Origin: Candidatus Uhrbacteria bacterium RIFOXYB12_FULL_58_10
GTDB lineage: Bacteria; Patescibacteriota; Patescibacteriia; UBA9934; GWF2-40-263
Length of the DNA stretch: 38,404 bases
Direction: 5' to 3'
Assembly (NCBI GenBank): GCA_943357025.1
Contig: CALRGA010000003.1
Location: forward strand, 1-38,404
This document shows, piece after piece, positions 33,955 to 38,404 of the stretch. How positions within the stretch are numbered: position 1 is the first letter of the stretch; the number at the start of each line of letters is the position of its first letter. The translations under genes and the position numbers were made by a program. The notes beneath the pieces were generated by a model. That model had not been told where the DNA came from. It saw only the letters and a list, made by a program, of their open reading frames with translations, and did not search any database.

Positions 33955-35160
33955 TTAGTTGGTGACGCGCGCGAAATGCCGCGGCCCCTTCTGCACCGTC
34001 GACCCGGCCGAAACCATCGCGCCGATGTCCTTTACGGGCTCGCCGTTCACCTTCGCGCCTCCCTGCTCGATGACGCGCTTGGCCTCGCCGTTCGACGTGA
34101 CGAACCCGGCGAGCACGAGGACGTCGATGAGCCTTGCCTCCGCGCCATCGATGACGACCGGGACCATCTGCTCCTCGGTCGGCCCCTTTTTGTCGCGGAA
34201 GAGCGCGTCGAACGCGTCACGTGCGACATCCGCGGCGTCCGCCCCATGAAATCCCATGGCAATTTCCCAGCCGAGACGCGCCTTCACGTCGCGAGGATTC
34301 GCCTCGTCGCGAATGAGCGACTTTGATATCTGAGCGATCTCGCTCGACGAAACGTCCGTGAGCAGCGTGAAGTAATTCACGATCAGCGAGTCCGGAACGG
34401 ACATCGTCTTCGCGAACATATCCTCGGCCGAATCCTGCACGGAGATCGCGTTTTCGAAGCTCTTGGACATTTTGCGCTCGCCATCCGTTCCAATCAGAAG
34501 CGGCACGGTCATGATGTCCTGTTCCGGCATGTCGAACTTGCGCTGAATGCGGCGGCCCATAAGCAGATTAAGCTTCTGGTCGTGTCCCCCGAGCTCAACG
34601 TCAGCCTTCACCATAACCGAATCGTAGCCCTGCATGATCGGGTAAGCGAGCTCGATCGCGGACAGCGGATGTTCCGGGTCGTTGACGCGGTTCTGAAAGT
34701 CCTCGCGCTGAAGAATCTGCTGAACGGTCACGAGCGACGTAAGCGCCAGGAACTGGGCGGCCTGCATCGGATGGAACCACTCGCCGTTGTGATGGACCTC
34801 AAGTTTCTCAAGGTCGAGAATGCTTCCCGCCTGCGCGAGATACGACCGCTTGTTTTCCTCGATCGCCTCCTTCGTCAGCATATTCCGCGTTTCGCTTCGT
34901 CCGGTCGGATCGCCAATGAGGGCGGTCGCGTCGCCGATGATAAGCACGGCCTGGTGGCTGGCATCCTGAAACTGACGGAGCTTCCGCAGCGGAACCGTGT
35001 GTCCGAGATGCATGTTCGGGGACGTCGGGTCGATCCCGAACTTAATGCGCAATACGTCGCCGCTCTTCAGCCGCTCTTCCAAATGCTCGCTGACGATGAC
35101 TTCCTGAACCCCGCGGTGAAGAAGGTCGTCGACGGTCTGCTGCGATATATTCACGCTCAT
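33955..35160 (-). CDS. tyrS: tyrosine--tRNA ligase
   Basis: C-terminal part of the 1337-aa ORF; real start MSVNISQQ at 35160; GIDPT, HLGH, YPIMQGYD, GGHDQ, KMSKS, S4 domain. Confidence 0.96.
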   Translation of the reverse strand: MSVNISQQTVDDLLHRGVQEVIVSEHLEERLKSGDVLRIKFGIDPTSPNMHLGHTVPLRKLRQFQDASHQAVLIIGDATALIGDPTGRSETRNMLTKEAIEENKRSYLAQAGSILDLEKLEVHHNGEWFHPMQAAQFLALTSLVTVQQILQREDFQNRVNDPEHPLSAIELAYPIMQGYDSVMVKADVELGGHDQKLNLLMGRRIQRKFDMPEQDIMTVPLLIGTDGERKMSKSFENAISVQDSAEDMFAKTMSVPDSLIVNYFTLLTDVSSSEIAQISKSLIRDEANPRDVKARLGWEIAMGFHGADAADVARDAFDALFRDKKGPTEEQMVPVVIDGAEARLIDVLVLAGFVTSNGEAKRVIEQGGAKVNGEPVKDIGAMVSAGSTVQKGPRHFARVTN

Positions 35161-36497
35161 ACGGATGTCATGAACGCGACGAGCTCGTCGCGCTTTTCTT
35201 TCATTAGGCCTTCCGACGTCGCCTCCACGATGAGGCGCAGGAGCGGCTCGTTGTTGCTCGGGCGGACGATGAACCACCAGTCGCGGCCGAACTCGCAGCG
35301 AATGCCGTCGAGACGGTTGACCTCGCTCGCGAGCGGGGCGTAATGCGCCTCGATCCTTGCCATCATGCCGGCCTTGTCGTGCACCTCGAGGTTCACCTCC
35401 CCGCTGTTGGCGTAGCGGCGCAACGGGCGCACGAAGTCCGCGAACGTGCCGCCGGTGCGCTTCCACAGCGCGAGCACCCGGACCGCGGCGTAGTCGACCG
35501 ATTCCAAATAATCCGTTTCCTCGAAAAAGAAATGGCTCGACACCTCGCCGCCGAGCGCGGCCTTGTGCGCGTGCATGGCCTTGATGACGAACGTGCGGCC
35601 GACCGGGTTCACGACGCACTCGCCGCCCGCGGCCTTCACCGCGTCCGTGGTCGCCCAGCTCATGTTCGGCGCGACGATCACCTTGCCGCCGGGCCGCGTC
35701 GCAAGCACCTCCTCCGCCAGCAGCGCGAGCGTCTGATCGCCGCGCACGGTCTGCCCCTCGTTGTCCACGAACGCCACGCGGTCCGCGTCGCCGTCGAGCG
35801 CGATGCCCACGTCCGCGCCCTCGCGCCAAATCGCCGCCTTCAGATCGGCAAGCGTCTCGTCCTTGGCCGGGTTGGCCTCGTGGTTCGGAAAGCGCGCGTC
35901 CGGTTCCGCGTACAGTTCGACGACGGTGACGCCGAGGCGCTCTAGCAGCGGACGCATGCTGATCGCGCCCATCCCGTTGCCATAGTCGACGACTGCCTTC
36001 ACGCCCGCGAACGCGCCGGGCTCGGTTCCCTTCATGCACGTGTTCAGGTAGCTCGGAAGGATGTCGATCTCCCTGCGCGCGCCGCGCTCGGCCGCCGGTT
36101 CGTACGTGACGTCGCAGATCGGCTCCTTCATTTCGACTCCGGAAAGCGGATATCCGTTGTCCTTGGCCATCTTGATCCCGTTGTATTCCGGCGGATTGTG
36201 CGACGCTGTCACCATCAGCCCGCCGCCGCTGTCCAGGCGTCCGGCGATCGCGTAGTTGTACATGGAGGTGGTGCACATCCCGATGGACGTGACGTTCGCT
36301 CCCATGGAGAGGATTCCGTCGATCGCCGCCTCCTGGAGCTCGAGGCTCGTGGAACGCATGTCGCGGCCGACCACGATGTTTTTTCCGCCGGTTTTTACCA
36401 CGACGGCCTTCCCTGCCTGGCGTGCAAGTTCGGGCGTAATCTCCTCCAGCAGCCCTCGGATGTCGTTCGCGCGGAAAATTGATTGGGAAAATGGCAT
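35157..36497 (-). CDS. phosphomannomutase/phosphoglucomutase
   Basis: IFRANDIRG, TASHNP, DGDADR, GGEVSSH, RPSNNEPLLR; ATG at 36497. Confidence 0.94.
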   Translation of the reverse strand: MPFSQSIFRANDIRGLLEEITPELARQAGKAVVVKTGGKNIVVGRDMRSTSLELQEAAIDGILSMGANVTSIGMCTTSMYNYAIAGRLDSGGGLMVTASHNPPEYNGIKMAKDNGYPLSGVEMKEPICDVTYEPAAERGARREIDILPSYLNTCMKGTEPGAFAGVKAVVDYGNGMGAISMRPLLERLGVTVVELYAEPDARFPNHEANPAKDETLADLKAAIWREGADVGIALDGDADRVAFVDNEGQTVRGDQTLALLAEEVLATRPGGKVIVAPNMSWATTDAVKAAGGECVVNPVGRTFVIKAMHAHKAALGGEVSSHFFFEETDYLESVDYAAVRVLALWKRTGGTFADFVRPLRRYANSGEVNLEVHDKAGMMARIEAHYAPLASEVNRLDGIRCEFGRDWWFIVRPSNNEPLLRLIVEATSEGLMKEKRDELVAFMTSV

Positions 36498-36515
36498 AAT
36501 ACAGGGGAATTTTGA

Positions 36516-36574
36516 TTGACGAACCGGTTCGGATTCCGTAGAATGCATTGTATAAAACATTGATGTTTTCGTCA
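36516..36574. promoter_or_regulatory. overlapping promoters for lemA (+) and the phosphomutase (-), with palindromes
   Basis: + TTGACG(36516-36521)-17-TAGAAT(36539-36544); - GTGACG-17-TACAAT; palindromes GAACCGGTTC and AAAACAT-TG-ATGTTTT. Confidence 0.55.
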
Positions 36575-36576
36575 CT

Positions 36577-37131
36577 ATGTCCCCACTCTTGCTCATCGTT
36601 CTCGGCCTGTTGGTCCTCGGCGGCGGATGGCTCGTCCTGACGTACAACTCGCTGGTGCAGACACGCAACCGCGCCGACGAGGCGTGGTCCGACATCGAGG
36701 TGCAGATGAAGCGCCGCTACGACCTCATCCCGAACCTCGTCGAGGCGGTGAAGGGATACGCCAAACACGAGGAGGGCGTGTTCACGAAGGTGACCGAGGC
36801 GCGATCGGCGGCAATGGGCGCGACGACGCCGGCCCAGCACGCGGCGGCCGAGAACATGCTGTCCTCGACGCTCAAGTCGATGTTCGCCGTGGCCGAGGCG
36901 TATCCGGCGCTCCGAGCCGCCGAAAGCTTCATGCACCTGCAGACCGAGCTCTCCGACGCGGAGGATAAGATCCAGGCCGCGCGCCGCTTCTTCAACGGCA
37001 ACGTCCGCGACCTCAACACCAAGATCCAGAGCTTCCCCACGAATCTCATCGCCGGCGCGTTCGGCTTCATCAAGCGCGAGTTCTTCGACGCGCCGGACGT
37101 CGTCAACGAGCCGGTAAAAGTTAGCTTCTAG
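36577..37131 (+). CDS. lemA: LemA family protein
   Basis: TM, YNSLV, AWSDIEVQMKRRYDLIPNLVEAVKGYAKHE, EAYPAL, ARRFFN, FPTNLIA. Confidence 0.95.
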   Translation: MSPLLLIVLGLLVLGGGWLVLTYNSLVQTRNRADEAWSDIEVQMKRRYDLIPNLVEAVKGYAKHEEGVFTKVTEARSAAMGATTPAQHAAAENMLSSTLKSMFAVAEAYPALRAAESFMHLQTELSDAEDKIQAARRFFNGNVRDLNTKIQSFPTNLIAGAFGFIKREFFDAPDVVNEPVKVSF

Positions 37132-37134
37132 CGC

Positions 37135-38016
37135 ATGTACTCCGAGATTTCCGCGAACAAGCGAAAGACGTGGTTCCTGGTCGTGATCTTCACGGTCGTG
37201 ATTGTGGCGCTCGGATACGTCTTCGGAGAGATGAACGGCGACCCGTACGGCGGAATCATCATGGCGTCCGTATTCGCGACGGTCATGAGCATGACCGGAT
37301 ATTTCCAGGGCGACGCCATCGCGCTCGCGTCCGCGGGAGCGAAAAGAATCGAGAAGAAGGACAGCCCGCTCGTGTGGAACATCGTCGAGAACCTGTCGAT
37401 CACCGCGGGGCTTCCGATGCCCGCGGTGTATCTCATCGACGACCCGTCGGCGAACGCGTTCGCGACCGGTCGCGACCCGAAGCACGCGTCCGTGGCCGTC
37501 ACGACCGGGCTCGTGGGCATCATGACGAAGCAGGAACTCGAGGCGGTGATCGCCCACGAGATGTCGCACGTGAAAAACTACGACGTCCGCGTGATGACCA
37601 TCGTGGTCGTGCTCGTCGGGATCGTCCTCCTCCTGTCCGACTGGATGCTGCGCGGGATGTTCCACCGCCGCGGCAACGACAACGGCGGCGCGGGGATCAT
37701 GCTTGTGATCGGCATCGCGCTCGCGATTCTGTCGCCCATCTTCGCCCAGCTCATCAAGATGGCCGTCTCGCGCCAGCGCGAATACCTCGCCGACGCCTCG
37801 GCCGCGCTGCTCACCCGCTATCCCGACGCCCTCGCCTCCGCGCTCCAAAAGATCGCGGACGCGGACCTCCCGCTTCGCAAGGCAAACCACGCGACGGCGC
37901 ACCTCTTCCTCGCGAATCCGTTCGACCCGCACGTCACGAAGAAGTTCGAACAGCTGTTTTCCACACACCCGCCGATCGAGGAACGCATCGCGCGGCTTAA
38001 GAAAATGGGGGCGTAA
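37135..38016 (+). CDS. htpX: M48 zinc metalloprotease HtpX
   Basis: NAFATG, AHEMSH, SRQREYLAD, LFSTHPPIEERI; follows lemA. Confidence 0.93.
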   Translation: MYSEISANKRKTWFLVVIFTVVIVALGYVFGEMNGDPYGGIIMASVFATVMSMTGYFQGDAIALASAGAKRIEKKDSPLVWNIVENLSITAGLPMPAVYLIDDPSANAFATGRDPKHASVAVTTGLVGIMTKQELEAVIAHEMSHVKNYDVRVMTIVVVLVGIVLLLSDWMLRGMFHRRGNDNGGAGIMLVIGIALAILSPIFAQLIKMAVSRQREYLADASAALLTRYPDALASALQKIADADLPLRKANHATAHLFLANPFDPHVTKKFEQLFSTHPPIEERIARLKKMGA

Positions 38017-38021
38017 GCGCT

Positions 38022-38404
38022 ATGTCACACGACATCATCGACAAGTTTTCCACCCATCTCAAGAACGTCCTCGCCCGGGCGCTCGTTTACGTCGTCGAGA
38101 ACGGGCGCGCGCTCGTGGAGCCCGAGCATCTGCTCTGGGCGCTCGCGACCGAGAAGGGCTCGGTCGGGGCCGAGATCATTTTGAAGGCGGAGGTGAAGGC
38201 AAACCGGCTGCACGACCTCGTCGACTCGCGCGACGACTTCGGGGCTTCCCCGACCACCGTCGGCGCGCCGTTCCTGTCCGCCGACGCCAAGCGCGCTGTG
38301 GAAAAAGCAGTGCTGACCGCGAACGCGTACGAGCACCGGTTCGTGGGAACCGAGCATCTTTTGTCAGGGCTTCTCCAGGTTTCCGACAAGGACATCGAGG
38401 CTTT
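38022..38404 (+). CDS. clpC: ClpC/ClpA-type ATPase, N-terminal Clp_N repeats (partial, runs off the window)
   Basis: Hand translation MSHDIIDKFSTHLKNVL...VEPEHLLWAL...LSADAKRAVEKA...HRFVGTEHLLSGLL: two Clp_N repeats. Confidence 0.75.
   Translation, partial: MSHDIIDKFSTHLKNVLARALVYVVENGRALVEPEHLLWALATEKGSVGAEIILKAEVKANRLHDLVDSRDDFGASPTTVGAPFLSADAKRAVEKAVLTANAYEHRFVGTEHLLSGLLQVSDKDIEA

Noticed and set aside
35161-37968. 1337-aa ORF suggesting a giant TyrS fusion
   Set aside because: The upstream part overlaps the phosphomutase out of frame and lemA/htpX antisense; tyrS starts at 35160 with an ATGA overlap

Overview
High-GC bacterial chromosomal segment with dense, mostly housekeeping gene content. 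The gene set, the short N-terminally trimmed ThrS and the SD-less short leaders suggest a Patescibacteria/CPR (Parcubacteria-like) genome; this is inference. Contents: a pyrimidine-deoxynucleotide cluster (ThyA-fold gene, DHFR, hypothetical and a truncated gene on the - strand; dut and tmk on the + strand), two paralogous membrane proteins, gatB, miaA/miaB, thrS, dnaE with a coupled tandem-GGDEF gene, a block of hypotheticals, a DUF11/CARDB-like surface protein, a membrane-anchored single-ring Clp ATPase, pheS/pheT, rseP, HIT, tyrS, a phosphohexomutase, lemA, htpX and the start of a clpC-like gene. No rRNA, tRNA, CRISPR array, integrase or transposase was seen. Most interesting: (1) the ThyA homologue has Asp at the E. 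coli Asn177 specificity position and is coupled to DHFR, pointing to a dCMP methylase and a dUMP-bypassing thymidylate route; (2) a two-GGDEF protein whose domains are degenerate in complementary ways; (3) a TM-anchored Clp NBD1-only ATPase; (4) 7/8/9-nt repeat runs and a 20-bp palindromic unit inserted in frame into essential genes and into otherwise ~9-nt leaders.
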